This document shows positions 46,214 through 55,122 of a stretch of 64,000 bases of DNA, piece after piece. Both the position numbers and the translations under genes were made by a program. Origin of the DNA: Clostridiales bacterium. GTDB taxonomy: Bacteria; Bacillota; Clostridia; Christensenellales; UBA3700. Numbering within the stretch: the stretch's first letter is position 1; each line of letters starts with the position of its first letter. The stretch spans positions 35,483-99,482 of the forward strand of contig JAAVHS010000003.1 in assembly GCA_014799575.1 (NCBI GenBank). The letters run 5' to 3'. A model generated the notes under the pieces. That model had not been told where the DNA came from, did not search any database, and saw only the letters and a list, made by a program, of their open reading frames with translations.

Positions 46214-47299
46214 ATGGACGTAAACAATATCGCAAAAATGTTTGATTTTGACGGCGAAATCGAAAGCATAAATCCTTACGGAGAAGGACATATAAACGAC
46301 ACCTTCTTAATCGGCATTAAAAATTGCGAAAAAAAGTATATTCTTCAACGTCTTAATACGAAAATCTTCACCAATTTCAGCGGGTTGATGAACAACATAC
46401 TTAAAGTCACCGAATATCTTCGCGCTATCGTAAAGAGCGAGAGCAAAGACCCGTCCCGCGAATGTTTAACTTTGATACCTACTAAAAGCGGAGAGCCTTA
46501 TTACGTCAACGGAAGCGACTGTTGGCGCGCTTATTTATTCATTAAAGACACCGTAGTATATCAGGTCATCGATTCCCCCGCCGTCTTTGAAAATACGGGC
46601 GAAGCTTTTGGAAAATTTATATCGAGATTGGACGAATTCGACGCAAGCACGCTGTGCGAGGTAATACCCAACTTTCACAACACGCTCGATAGATACAACA
46701 AATTTTTAACCTCGCTTAAAGCCGATAAAGTCAAAAGAGCATGCACGGCTGAATGCGAGATTGAATTCGTGAACAAACGTAAGAATATTGTATCGGCAAT
46801 AGTGAGCGCTCTCGATAAGGGAGAACTTCCCCTTCGCGTAACTCACAACGACACTAAGATAAACAACGTGCTTATCGATAAATATACCGGGAAAGCAATT
46901 TGCATAATCGACCTTGACACGATAATGCCTGGAAGTCTACTCTACGACTTCGGCGATTCAATTCGCTCGGGTTGCAACACTGCGCATGAAGATGAAAAGG
47001 ACTTGTCCAAAGTCGACTTTGATATCACGCTTTATGAGGCGTATTGCAAAGGCTTTTTGCGTGGAATAGGCGACAAGATTACGCAAAAAGAAATTGATAT
47101 GTTGCATTTGAGCGCAATAATCATTACGCTTGAATGCGGAATAAGATTTCTTACCGACTATCTTGACGGCGACGAATACTTCAAGATTGCTTATCCCGAA
47201 CACAATTTGATAAGATGCCGTACGCAATTCAAACTTGTCGAGCGTATGGAAAAAATGAGCGATGAGATGATACAAATCGCTAAAAAATGTAGACCATAA
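46214..47299 (+). CDS. nahK: N-acetylhexosamine 1-kinase (APH-fold, NahK/LnpB-like)
   Basis: 361 aa. It has YGEGHINDTF, LRVTHNDTKINNVL, IIDLDTIMPGSLLYDFGDSIR and YPEHNLIRCRTQFKLV. These closely match my recollection of Bifidobacterium NahK. Confidence 0.75.
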   Translation: MDVNNIAKMFDFDGEIESINPYGEGHINDTFLIGIKNCEKKYILQRLNTKIFTNFSGLMNNILKVTEYLRAIVKSESKDPSRECLTLIPTKSGEPYYVNGSDCWRAYLFIKDTVVYQVIDSPAVFENTGEAFGKFISRLDEFDASTLCEVIPNFHNTLDRYNKFLTSLKADKVKRACTAECEIEFVNKRKNIVSAIVSALDKGELPLRVTHNDTKINNVLIDKYTGKAICIIDLDTIMPGSLLYDFGDSIRSGCNTAHEDEKDLSKVDFDITLYEAYCKGFLRGIGDKITQKEIDMLHLSAIIITLECGIRFLTDYLDGDEYFKIAYPEHNLIRCRTQFKLVERMEKMSDEMIQIAKKCRP

Positions 47300-47316
47300 T
47301 TATTAAGGAGTATAAT

Positions 47317-48330
47317 ATGAGCGTTTTGGTAACCGGTGGCGCAGGCTATATCGGCTCGCATACGGTAATTGAACTCGTAGAGAATGGGTATGACCCCATA
47401 ATCGTTGACAATCTTTGCAACAGCAAAAAAATCGCAGTTGAGCGAATAGAGCAAATCGTGGGCAGAAAAATCAAATTCTACCCTTACGACGTTTGCGATA
47501 TAGAAAAACTTCGCAGTATCTTCAAAGCCGAAAAGATTGATTCTTGCATACATTTTGCAGGTCTTAAAGCCGTCGGCGAATCTTGTCAAAAACCGCTTGA
47601 ATATTATCAAAACAATTTGATAAGCACTCTAAACCTTATTCAGGTAATGAAAGAGTTCGGATGTAAGAACCTCGTATTCTCTTCATCGGCTACCGTGTAC
47701 GGACAGCCGAAGAGCGTACCGATACTTGAGGACTTCCCTCTCTCGACGACCAATCCTTACGGCTCGACAAAGCTCTATATCGAGGGAATACTCAAAGACG
47801 TCTACAAGGCTGACAATTCCTTTAATATCGCGCTTTTGAGATACTTCAATCCAATCGGTGCTCATAAGAGCGGACTTATCGGCGAAGACCCCAACGGTAT
47901 TCCAAACAACCTCATGCCGTATATCACGCAAGTCGCTATCGGCAAACTCAAAAGATTGAGCGTATTCGGAGACGACTACCCCACCCATGACGGAACGGGC
48001 GTAAGAGATTACATTCACGTTCTTGATTTGGCGCGCGGCCATATTCTCGCGCTCAAAAAACTTTCGACGAACAGCGGTCTTGTGATATATAATCTCGGTA
48101 CGGGTAAAGGATATAGCGTACTCGATATGGTAAAGGCCTTTGAGAAAGCAAGCGGAAGGCAAGTGCCTTACGTCATCGCCGCAAGAAGAGACGGCGATAT
48201 CGCGGAATGCTTCGCTTCTACCGACTTGGCTAAGAAGGAACTTGGATTTGAATGCAAATACGATTTGCAGGATATGTGCGAAGACAGTTGGAGATGGCAA
48301 AGCAAAAATCCCAACGGATACGGAGAATAA
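47317..48330 (+). CDS. galE: UDP-glucose 4-epimerase
   Basis: 337 aa with VLVTGGAGYIGSH, SSSATVYG and YGSTK (YxxxK). Confidence 0.9.
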   Translation: MSVLVTGGAGYIGSHTVIELVENGYDPIIVDNLCNSKKIAVERIEQIVGRKIKFYPYDVCDIEKLRSIFKAEKIDSCIHFAGLKAVGESCQKPLEYYQNNLISTLNLIQVMKEFGCKNLVFSSSATVYGQPKSVPILEDFPLSTTNPYGSTKLYIEGILKDVYKADNSFNIALLRYFNPIGAHKSGLIGEDPNGIPNNLMPYITQVAIGKLKRLSVFGDDYPTHDGTGVRDYIHVLDLARGHILALKKLSTNSGLVIYNLGTGKGYSVLDMVKAFEKASGRQVPYVIAARRDGDIAECFASTDLAKKELGFECKYDLQDMCEDSWRWQSKNPNGYGE

Positions 48331-48332
48331 AG

Positions 48333-50336
48333 ATGAAACGACCTAAACTAAAGACAAAGTCTTTTACAATTCGGACTCTCAGAGAATGGGGCATATTGGC
48401 TGTCGATTTGATTACCGTCATCGTCTGCTATTTGGGGGCGGTATTGCTTTCGCAAGCGTATTTGACTCAATTTGACGAAGCGTTGGACATCACGTTAAGC
48501 GAAATACTTGTAAAAACGTTTTTGGGCATACCTGTAATTATCGCTGTGTTTACGCTCTCTTTTCTCGCCTTCCGCGTGTTCAAAGTCGTGTGGAGATATG
48601 CGAGAGGAAGAGACTATCTTAGAATAGTAGGCTCTTGCATAGTGGCTACAGTATTGTTCGCGATACTCGACCAATCTTTTCATTTGATTGATATAATAGG
48701 CTCTAAGAAAGGTACTGAACCGAGCTTGCCTACGATAAAACAAATAATCTACCCCGCTTACTTTATGTTGGGAGTATTCTCTACCTCTGCGATAATTTTG
48801 CTGAGAATACTATATGAATTCGTCTATGCAAGACAAAAAGACAAGTTGGAAGTAGGACATAAAAAACGTACTATGATTATCGGCGCGGGCTACACCGCGA
48901 GCGTAATATTGGAAGAAATCTCCCGTCAAGACAGCATATATAATCCTATCTGTCTTATCGACGACGACCCCGACAAACTCGGCAGAATTATCAGTGAAAT
49001 CGAAGTAGTAGGCAACAGCAAAGAGATTGCCATTTGCGTGCAGAAATACGCGATTGATACGATAATCTTCGCCATACCTTCTCTTGGCGGCGAAGTGCGT
49101 CAAAGAATTTTGCAAGACTGCAACGCCACAAAGTGTCAAGTCAAGGTCTTGCCTTTCATGAGCGAAATGATAGAAAACGTCAATATTACAAAGCAAATGC
49201 GCGACATCAATATCGCGGACTTGTTGGGACGTCAGCAAATCACTTTCGAAGATATGGGCGTAGCAAGTTATATTTATGACAAAATCGTAATGGTAACGGG
49301 CGGCGGCGGTTCGATTGGCTCGGAACTTTGCCGTCAAATAGCCAAATACAAGCCAAGAAGAATAATTATCGTCGATATTTACGAGAACTGCGCTTACAAC
49401 ATTCAGCAGGAGCTTTTGAGGACGTACGGCGCGGATTACGACTTGCACGTGGAAATTCTGTCCGTGACGGACTACGACAAGATGGACGACTTATTCGCCG
49501 AATTCAGACCGCAAATAATCTTCCACGCAGCCGCGCACAAGCACGTTCCGCTTATGGAAACCGTGCCCGAAGAAGCGGTCAAAAACAACGTCTTCGGTAC
49601 GTACAATCTTGCCATTTTGGCGGACAAGCACAACGTCAAAAAATTCATTATGATTTCTACCGATAAAGCGGTCAACCCTACCAACGTAATGGGCGCGACA
49701 AAGCGTTGTTGCGAGGAAATCGTACAAATGATGGCGCAGAAAGGTTCGAATACCGAATTCGCCGCAGTAAGATTCGGAAACGTGTTGGGAAGCAACGGCT
49801 CGGTAATACCTCTGTTTAAGAAACAAATCGAGAACGGCGGACCTGTAACGGTCACCCACCCCGACATAATAAGATACTTTATGACAATACCGGAGGCGGT
49901 AAGCCTTGTGTTGCAAGCGGGTACGTTCGCTCACGGCGGAGAGATTTTCGTCTTGGATATGGGCAAACAAGTGAAGATTGTAACCCTTGCGGAAAACCTT
50001 ATTACCCTTATGGGACACAAGCCTTACGTCGATATCGATATCGTATTTACGGGTCTTCGCCCGGGTGAAAAACTCTTCGAGGAACTTCTTATGAATGAAG
50101 AAGGCTTGCAAAAGACCGCCAACGAAAAGATTTTCGTAGGTCACCAAGTGACAATAGATATCGAGGGATTCACCAAAGAACTTGAAAAGATGCGCGCGAT
50201 TTGCGCAACCAACGACAAGCACGCTGTCGTCGAACAACTCAAAGTGCTCGTACCGACCTTTACGCACGATACCGCTTATCTCGAAAAAATCACTAATCTT
50301 GCGGAAAAATATAGGACTGAGGAGTTGTCCAACTAA
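48333..50336 (+). CDS. Membrane-bound nucleotide-sugar 4,6-dehydratase/epimerase (CapD/PglF/WbpM family)
   Basis: I chose the ATG at 48333, after GGAGAA; the track ORF 48252 overlaps the galE 3' end. It has four N-terminal TM helices, then VTGGGGSIGSEL and the CapD-like block MISTDKAVNPTNVMGATKR. Confidence 0.85.
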   Translation: MKRPKLKTKSFTIRTLREWGILAVDLITVIVCYLGAVLLSQAYLTQFDEALDITLSEILVKTFLGIPVIIAVFTLSFLAFRVFKVVWRYARGRDYLRIVGSCIVATVLFAILDQSFHLIDIIGSKKGTEPSLPTIKQIIYPAYFMLGVFSTSAIILLRILYEFVYARQKDKLEVGHKKRTMIIGAGYTASVILEEISRQDSIYNPICLIDDDPDKLGRIISEIEVVGNSKEIAICVQKYAIDTIIFAIPSLGGEVRQRILQDCNATKCQVKVLPFMSEMIENVNITKQMRDINIADLLGRQQITFEDMGVASYIYDKIVMVTGGGGSIGSELCRQIAKYKPRRIIIVDIYENCAYNIQQELLRTYGADYDLHVEILSVTDYDKMDDLFAEFRPQIIFHAAAHKHVPLMETVPEEAVKNNVFGTYNLAILADKHNVKKFIMISTDKAVNPTNVMGATKRCCEEIVQMMAQKGSNTEFAAVRFGNVLGSNGSVIPLFKKQIENGGPVTVTHPDIIRYFMTIPEAVSLVLQAGTFAHGGEIFVLDMGKQVKIVTLAENLITLMGHKPYVDIDIVFTGLRPGEKLFEELLMNEEGLQKTANEKIFVGHQVTIDIEGFTKELEKMRAICATNDKHAVVEQLKVLVPTFTHDTAYLEKITNLAEKYRTEELSN

Positions 50337-50375
50337 TCATAATAAAGTTTGAATAAAAATATAAGAGGTGTAAAA

Positions 50376-50804
50376 ATGGATATAGATTTTTTTAAGAAAG
50401 AAAAAGTCGCAAAGATGAAAGAAAAGGATAAGGACGGCGTTTCTGCGCTCAACGTAATTATCAATAAAATAATGCTTGCAGGCATAGAGAAACGCGCAAA
50501 GGGCGAAACTCTCAACGAGGGCGATATTCTATCCCTTTTGCAAAAGACTGAAAAGGAACTTATCGAAGAAAAGAGCGGATATGAAAAAGCAGGAGCAAAT
50601 TATCTCGATAAAGTCGAAAGCCTTGACAACCAAATCAAGACGATAAAGAGTTATCTCCCTACCCTAATGAGCAAGGACGAAATCAAAGAGGTAATACTCT
50701 CGCTCGACGATAAATCTGTGCCAAGCGTAATGAAACATTTTAAGACCAACTACGCAGGCAAATGCGATATGAAAGTAGTCAACGAAGTTCTCCGTTCACT
50801 GTAA
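50376..50804 (+). CDS. yqeY: GatB/YqeY-domain protein
   Basis: I chose the ATG at 50376, after AGAGGTG. The protein is 142 aa with the YqeY-like blocks KDGVSALNVIINKI and IKSYLP. Confidence 0.75.
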   Translation: MDIDFFKKEKVAKMKEKDKDGVSALNVIINKIMLAGIEKRAKGETLNEGDILSLLQKTEKELIEEKSGYEKAGANYLDKVESLDNQIKTIKSYLPTLMSKDEIKEVILSLDDKSVPSVMKHFKTNYAGKCDMKVVNEVLRSL

Positions 50805-50836
50805 AATGCTTTTAGATTTTATGAAAAGAGCAGGCG

Positions 50837-51544
50837 TCATGCTTGCTCTTTTTGTTTCCTATTATCCGCCACTTTTCTAGCAATATACACGCACGGCGTA
50901 TCAAGCAACGACGTCACAAAGTATATCACATAACTTGACGCAAAGATTGAGAATATCGTCTTTGTGGGATATGTTCCCGCGAATGCAAGCACTGTGAACA
51001 ACAACGTATTGATAATTTGGCTGACTAAGGTCGAGCCGTTGTTTCTAAGCCACAAATAGCCGCGGCGATTGCCAAACTTCTTTTCCGTGAAATTCCACCA
51101 TTTGTGATAGAGCCATACGTCGAAAATTTGACTTACCGCGTATACTGAAAGCGACGAGAGAATCATTCTCGGCGTATTGGAAAATACCACCTTGATAGAT
51201 TCCATTACCGTATCGCCTTCAACGGGTTTATAGAGCAACCAACTTTGCGAAAGTATGAGAAAGAATATCTGCGTAAATATTCCTATCAATACGGCTTTAT
51301 TGGCGCACTTCTTGCCCTCGCATTCCGAAAGTATATCGGTAATCAAGAAAGTGGATGCAAACAAGACGTTGCCGAGCGTTTGTTCCATTCCAAAGGCTTT
51401 GACCAGTATTATTACTTCGATATTCGCAAATGCCGTCGCCACAGCCGACATAGCGTACAGTCCGCTTTTGCCAAAGAATTTGTATGCAAGCAATACCGTA
51501 GCAAATATCACAACTACCGACGCAATCAACAATAATTCATTCAT
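50837..51544 (-). CDS. yhhQ: VUT-family queuosine-precursor transporter (YhhQ/DUF165)
   Basis: 235 aa, ~6 TM helices, with RNNGSTLVSQIINTLLF, a block typical of YhhQ. The ATG abuts the stop of the upstream radical-SAM gene (TAAATG). Confidence 0.75.
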   Translation of the reverse strand: MNELLLIASVVVIFATVLLAYKFFGKSGLYAMSAVATAFANIEVIILVKAFGMEQTLGNVLFASTFLITDILSECEGKKCANKAVLIGIFTQIFFLILSQSWLLYKPVEGDTVMESIKVVFSNTPRMILSSLSVYAVSQIFDVWLYHKWWNFTEKKFGNRRGYLWLRNNGSTLVSQIINTLLFTVLAFAGTYPTKTIFSIFASSYVIYFVTSLLDTPCVYIARKVADNRKQKEQA

Positions 51545-52240
51545 TTAATCACCCACCCCAAAATCGGTATTATTGAGCAGTATATCCACTCTCCCGTCCT
51601 CTTTATACAAAGGATAAATTTCATTGACAAAAGCGTCGATTACGGCTTTATCGGGCGTAATCTCAGACGAATTCGCGCACATTATATTGATACATATACG
51701 CTCAAAGTATTCAAGTCCGAGTTCTATATCCCTTTTCATAGTTTCAACGCTTTGACCCTTAATGCCGAATAGAAAATTCGCTTCGTCGAAACGCTCGGCA
51801 ATTACGCGAGGATTTTTTTCGCGTATACCTTTTTTAAGTACATTTTCTCGCAATTCGTAATCGAAAGTTTCTAATCCCAATTTCATCTTCAAATCAAAGT
51901 CGCAAAACTCTTTGTTGAGCGCAGGTATTCTATCTTTATAAAGATAATGCGCCTCAAAGTGCAAAGTCTTTATCCCCTTTGACTTAGCGACTTGCTTTAT
52001 TAAATCGAGCGTTTTTTTGTCCAACTCGAATACCGAACCGCTGTTTATTATTTCCAAATCGCCGTACTCGCCGTCAACCTTTTCCAATACCTTCGAATTG
52101 AGAGCAAAGTTTTCGCTTTCATTCTTGCAGCTATCGTGATAGTAGTCGCAAAACGCGCACTTCTTGTATACGCATCCGCTTCCCCTTAAAAGGACTATTT
52201 CTCTCTTTCTCTTTTCTTGTATCTTACCGTATCTTTCCAT
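51545..52240 (-). CDS. Small radical-SAM-like protein (CX4CX2C cluster motif)
   Basis: 231 aa. The N-terminal LLRGSGCVYKKCAFCDYY is followed by a TIM-like alternation and a GxIxG-like segment FLFGIKGQ. The function is inferred only from context. Confidence 0.6.
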   Translation of the reverse strand: MERYGKIQEKRKREIVLLRGSGCVYKKCAFCDYYHDSCKNESENFALNSKVLEKVDGEYGDLEIINSGSVFELDKKTLDLIKQVAKSKGIKTLHFEAHYLYKDRIPALNKEFCDFDLKMKLGLETFDYELRENVLKKGIREKNPRVIAERFDEANFLFGIKGQSVETMKRDIELGLEYFERICINIMCANSSEITPDKAVIDAFVNEIYPLYKEDGRVDILLNNTDFGVGD

Positions 52241-52267
52241 AAAAAATGCGTCCTCAACTAAGGACGC
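52241..52267 (-). promoter_or_regulatory. Hairpin with U-tract immediately upstream of the radical-SAM ATG. It resembles an intrinsic terminator and also sequesters the SD.
   Basis: On the minus strand: GCGTCC-TTAGTTGA-GGACGC-ATTTTTT-ATG. The only SD-like sequence, GAGGA, spans the loop and the 3' arm. Confidence 0.5.
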
Positions 52268-52359
52268 AAGATTTGCATAGTATGCCTATACTTTAATGAT
52301 TGCCCTTAGTTTTGATTTAGCGGTAATACCGCAAGGCAGGATGGTTACGAACTGCCTAT

Positions 52360-52509
52360 GCACTCACTACGACTTTATCGGAGCGAGTGCTTTCTATGAA
52401 ATGCACTCGCTTGTCTCTCTGTCGAGTTCGTGCCTCCACTCCGACCAAACGAAAAATCTCGGCTTCGCTCAATTTTTGTCGGACTTAAAAAGGTTAGCCT
52501 GTCGGCATT
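52360..52509 (-). repeat. Module A copy 2: structured ~150-nt repeat (candidate ncRNA)
   Basis: Its reverse complement aligns with 10124-10275 (see that entry). It lies in the 3' region of gpmI, in the same orientation as gpmI. Confidence 0.8.
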
Positions 52510-52578
52510 CCATTTTGTTTGTTATTATGACTGCAGTAAAGAAATCTCACATACTTCTTCACTTTTCACTATTACCTA

Positions 52579-54117
52579 TTACTTAATTATAAGACTTTTA
52601 CCTGTCATTTCCTTAGGAATTTCAAGTCCCATAATATCAAGCATTGTAGGAGCGATATCGCAGAGTTTTCCGCCGCTTGCCAAAGCCTTTACTCCGTCTG
52701 CGCCTATTACGCTGAACGGAACGGGATTGGTCGTATGCGCGGTAAACGGCGCTTTGGTGTCGATATCGTACATGTAATCGCAGTTGCCGTGGTCAGCCGT
52801 CAACAACGCTTGACCGCCGACTTCTTTGATAGCGTCAAGCACTTTGCGCACGCACTCGTCAGTCACTTTGACCGCCTTTTGCGCCGCTTGCATTACGCCC
52901 GTATGTCCGACCATATCGCAATTGGCAAAATTCAAAATCATGACGTCGTACTTACCGCTCTTGATTACCTCGCACGCTTTGTCGCATACCTCGTATGCGC
53001 TCATTTCAGGCTTCATATCAAAAGTAGCAATCTTCGGAGAGTCGATAAGTATTCTGTCCTCGTTCTTGTTGGGCGCTTCTACGCCGCCGTTGAAAAAGAA
53101 AGTGACGTGAGCGTACTTTTGCGTCTCTGCAATTCTGAATTGCTTAATACCCTTGCTTGCGAGATACTCGCCGAGCGTATTGGTATATTTTTCTTTCTTG
53201 AAAGCGACTTCGAGTTTACCTTCAAAAGTAGCGTCGTAAGTCGTAAAGGATACGAAGCAAGGCGCAAGAAAACCTTTCTTTCTCTCAAAGCCCGCAAAGT
53301 CCTCGAATATGAAGCTTCTGGTAATTTGTCTTGCTCTGTCGGGACGGTAATTGAAGAAAATCACGCTGTCACCTTTTTCTACAGTAGCGACGGGTTTGCC
53401 GTTCTCAAGTATGACCGTCGGGAGCATAAACTCGTCGGTTACGCCCTTGTCATAACTGTTTTGCATAGCCTCGACAGCATTGTTTTCAAACACGCCCTCG
53501 CCGTCGACAAGCGCGCTATAAGCCTTGGAAACTCTATCCCAAATATTATCTCTATCCATTGCGTAAAATCTGCCGCTAATCGTGGCGATTTTGCCGTAGC
53601 CTAAATCTTTCAAGTATTTCGATAGTTGTTCAATAAAGCCTTTACCGCTCGTAGGCGACACGTCTCTTCCGTCCATAAAGCAATGGATATAAGTCTGCTT
53701 TACGCCCATTTCCTTTGCCATTTTGACAGTCGCAAAGAGATGTTCCAAATGCGAGTGTACGCCGCCGTCTGACACAAGACCCATGACGTGCAAACCGCTA
53801 CCTTTCTTCTTCGCATTGTTCATTGCGTCTACCAACGCTTTATTGGTGAAGAAATCGCCGTCTTGAATCGCCTTTGTAATCTTGGGTAAATCTTGGAAAA
53901 TAACTCTACCTGCGCCGATATTGAGGTGACCGACTTCGCTGTTGCCCATTTGTCCTTCGGGCAAACCAACTGCAAGTCCGCTTGCGCTAAGCTGAGTGCT
54001 CGGATTTTCTTTCAAAATTTTGAGTACTTCGGGGGACGTAATCTCGGAAATAGCGTTGTTCTCGCCAAATTCATTGATGCCGTATCCGTCCATTATTATC
54101 AAACCTGTGAATTTCAT
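52579..54117 (-). CDS. gpmI: 2,3-bisphosphoglycerate-independent phosphoglycerate mutase
   Basis: I chose the ATG at 54117 (MKFTGLIIMDGYG), after AAGAGGA. It has GNSEVGHLNIGAGR, DGGVHSH and ADHGN motifs. Confidence 0.9.
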   Translation of the reverse strand: MKFTGLIIMDGYGINEFGENNAISEITSPEVLKILKENPSTQLSASGLAVGLPEGQMGNSEVGHLNIGAGRVIFQDLPKITKAIQDGDFFTNKALVDAMNNAKKKGSGLHVMGLVSDGGVHSHLEHLFATVKMAKEMGVKQTYIHCFMDGRDVSPTSGKGFIEQLSKYLKDLGYGKIATISGRFYAMDRDNIWDRVSKAYSALVDGEGVFENNAVEAMQNSYDKGVTDEFMLPTVILENGKPVATVEKGDSVIFFNYRPDRARQITRSFIFEDFAGFERKKGFLAPCFVSFTTYDATFEGKLEVAFKKEKYTNTLGEYLASKGIKQFRIAETQKYAHVTFFFNGGVEAPNKNEDRILIDSPKIATFDMKPEMSAYEVCDKACEVIKSGKYDVMILNFANCDMVGHTGVMQAAQKAVKVTDECVRKVLDAIKEVGGQALLTADHGNCDYMYDIDTKAPFTAHTTNPVPFSVIGADGVKALASGGKLCDIAPTMLDIMGLEIPKEMTGKSLIIK

Positions 54118-54233
54118 AAAATATCCTCTTTTATATGAACTGAAAACTTTCTGCAAAAACACGATAGAAAACCTTGATAGGGCGCAATTTTATTTATAAA
54201 ATCGCAAAACGTCTAGATTGCGTAATTTGGTTT

Positions 54234-54300
54234 GTATTGCTCTCGGTGTCGAGGTCAAGGCGTACTATATGTACGTCGACCGAGCACCGAGCGTAAGACA
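54234..54300 (-). repeat. Module B copy 2
   Basis: Its reverse complement shares TGTCTTA, CGTAC-N5-GTACG and TGACCTCGA with 10384-10447. It forms a long imperfect hairpin (CTCGGTG..CACCGAG). Confidence 0.5.
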
Positions 54301-54306
54301 GCCAAA

Positions 54307-54326
54307 GGACGCATCTAGATGCGTCC
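54307..54326. promoter_or_regulatory. Perfect 20-nt palindrome between tpiA and gpmI
   Basis: GGACGCATCTAGATGCGTCC equals its own reverse complement. It lies 20 nt downstream of the tpiA stop and is followed on the minus strand by TTTGG. Confidence 0.6.
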
Positions 54327-54345
54327 TATTAAGGCTTTTATCGTG

Positions 54346-55095
54346 TTAATACTTAACGACTTGAGAGAAGTCAACCGCTTTCAAAGAAGCTCCGCCGATA
54401 AGTCCGCCGTCGATTTGCTCCATAGCCATAAGTTCGCTTGCGTTCTTAGGATTCATGCTTCCGCCGTATTGAATTCTAACCTTTTCTTGCGCGCACTTTT
54501 CGCAATAGAGTTTTGCCATCGTATTTCTGATGATTGCGATAGTATCGTTTGCGTCTTGCGCGGTAGCAGTCTTGCCTGTGCCGATAGCCCATACAGGCTC
54601 GTAAGCGATGACGATATTTTCAAGTTCAGACTTGTCGATGTCCTTGAAAGCCTCGGTAGTCTGTCTTACAAGCACTTCTTCTACGATACCGCTCTCTCTT
54701 TCTTGAAGAGTTTCGCCCACGCAGATGATTGGTTTAAGTCCCTTAGCCAAAGCAGCCTTTACTCTTGCGTTTACGGTTTGGTCGGTTTCGCCGAAGTACT
54801 GTCTACGTTCGCTATGTCCGATGATAACGTACTCAACGCCGAGTTCTACCAACATATCCGCGCTGATTTCGCCCGTGAAAGCGCCTTTTTCAGCCCAGTG
54901 TACGTTCTCTGCACCCAACTTGATGTTGGTGCCTTTGATAAGTTCTCCGGCAGCGGCGATATTCGTATAAGGTACGCAAACTACTACTTCCGCCTTAGCG
55001 TCCGCAACAAGCGGGATAAGGTCGGTAAGAAGCGCTTTCGTACCTGCGATTGTATTGTTCATTTTCCAGTTTCCTGCAATAATAGGTTGTCTCAT
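54346..55095 (-). CDS. tpiA: Triosephosphate isomerase
   Basis: 249 aa with IAGNWKMN, IIGHSERR, AYEPVWAIGTG and GGASL. Confidence 0.95.
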   Translation of the reverse strand: MRQPIIAGNWKMNNTIAGTKALLTDLIPLVADAKAEVVVCVPYTNIAAAGELIKGTNIKLGAENVHWAEKGAFTGEISADMLVELGVEYVIIGHSERRQYFGETDQTVNARVKAALAKGLKPIICVGETLQERESGIVEEVLVRQTTEAFKDIDKSELENIVIAYEPVWAIGTGKTATAQDANDTIAIIRNTMAKLYCEKCAQEKVRIQYGGSMNPKNASELMAMEQIDGGLIGGASLKAVDFSQVVKY

Positions 55096-55122
55096 TTTTA
55101 TACCTCGATGTAAAATTATTTT

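Noticed and set aside
52241-52300. Possible preQ1 riboswitch upstream of the radical-SAM/yhhQ pair
   Set aside because: I compared the region by eye with preQ1-I consensus features: a 5-bp P1 stem and an A-rich tail ending in CUA(A)GG. The hairpin here has a U-rich tail rather than an A-rich one, and no matching loop. It is retained only as a generic regulatory hairpin.
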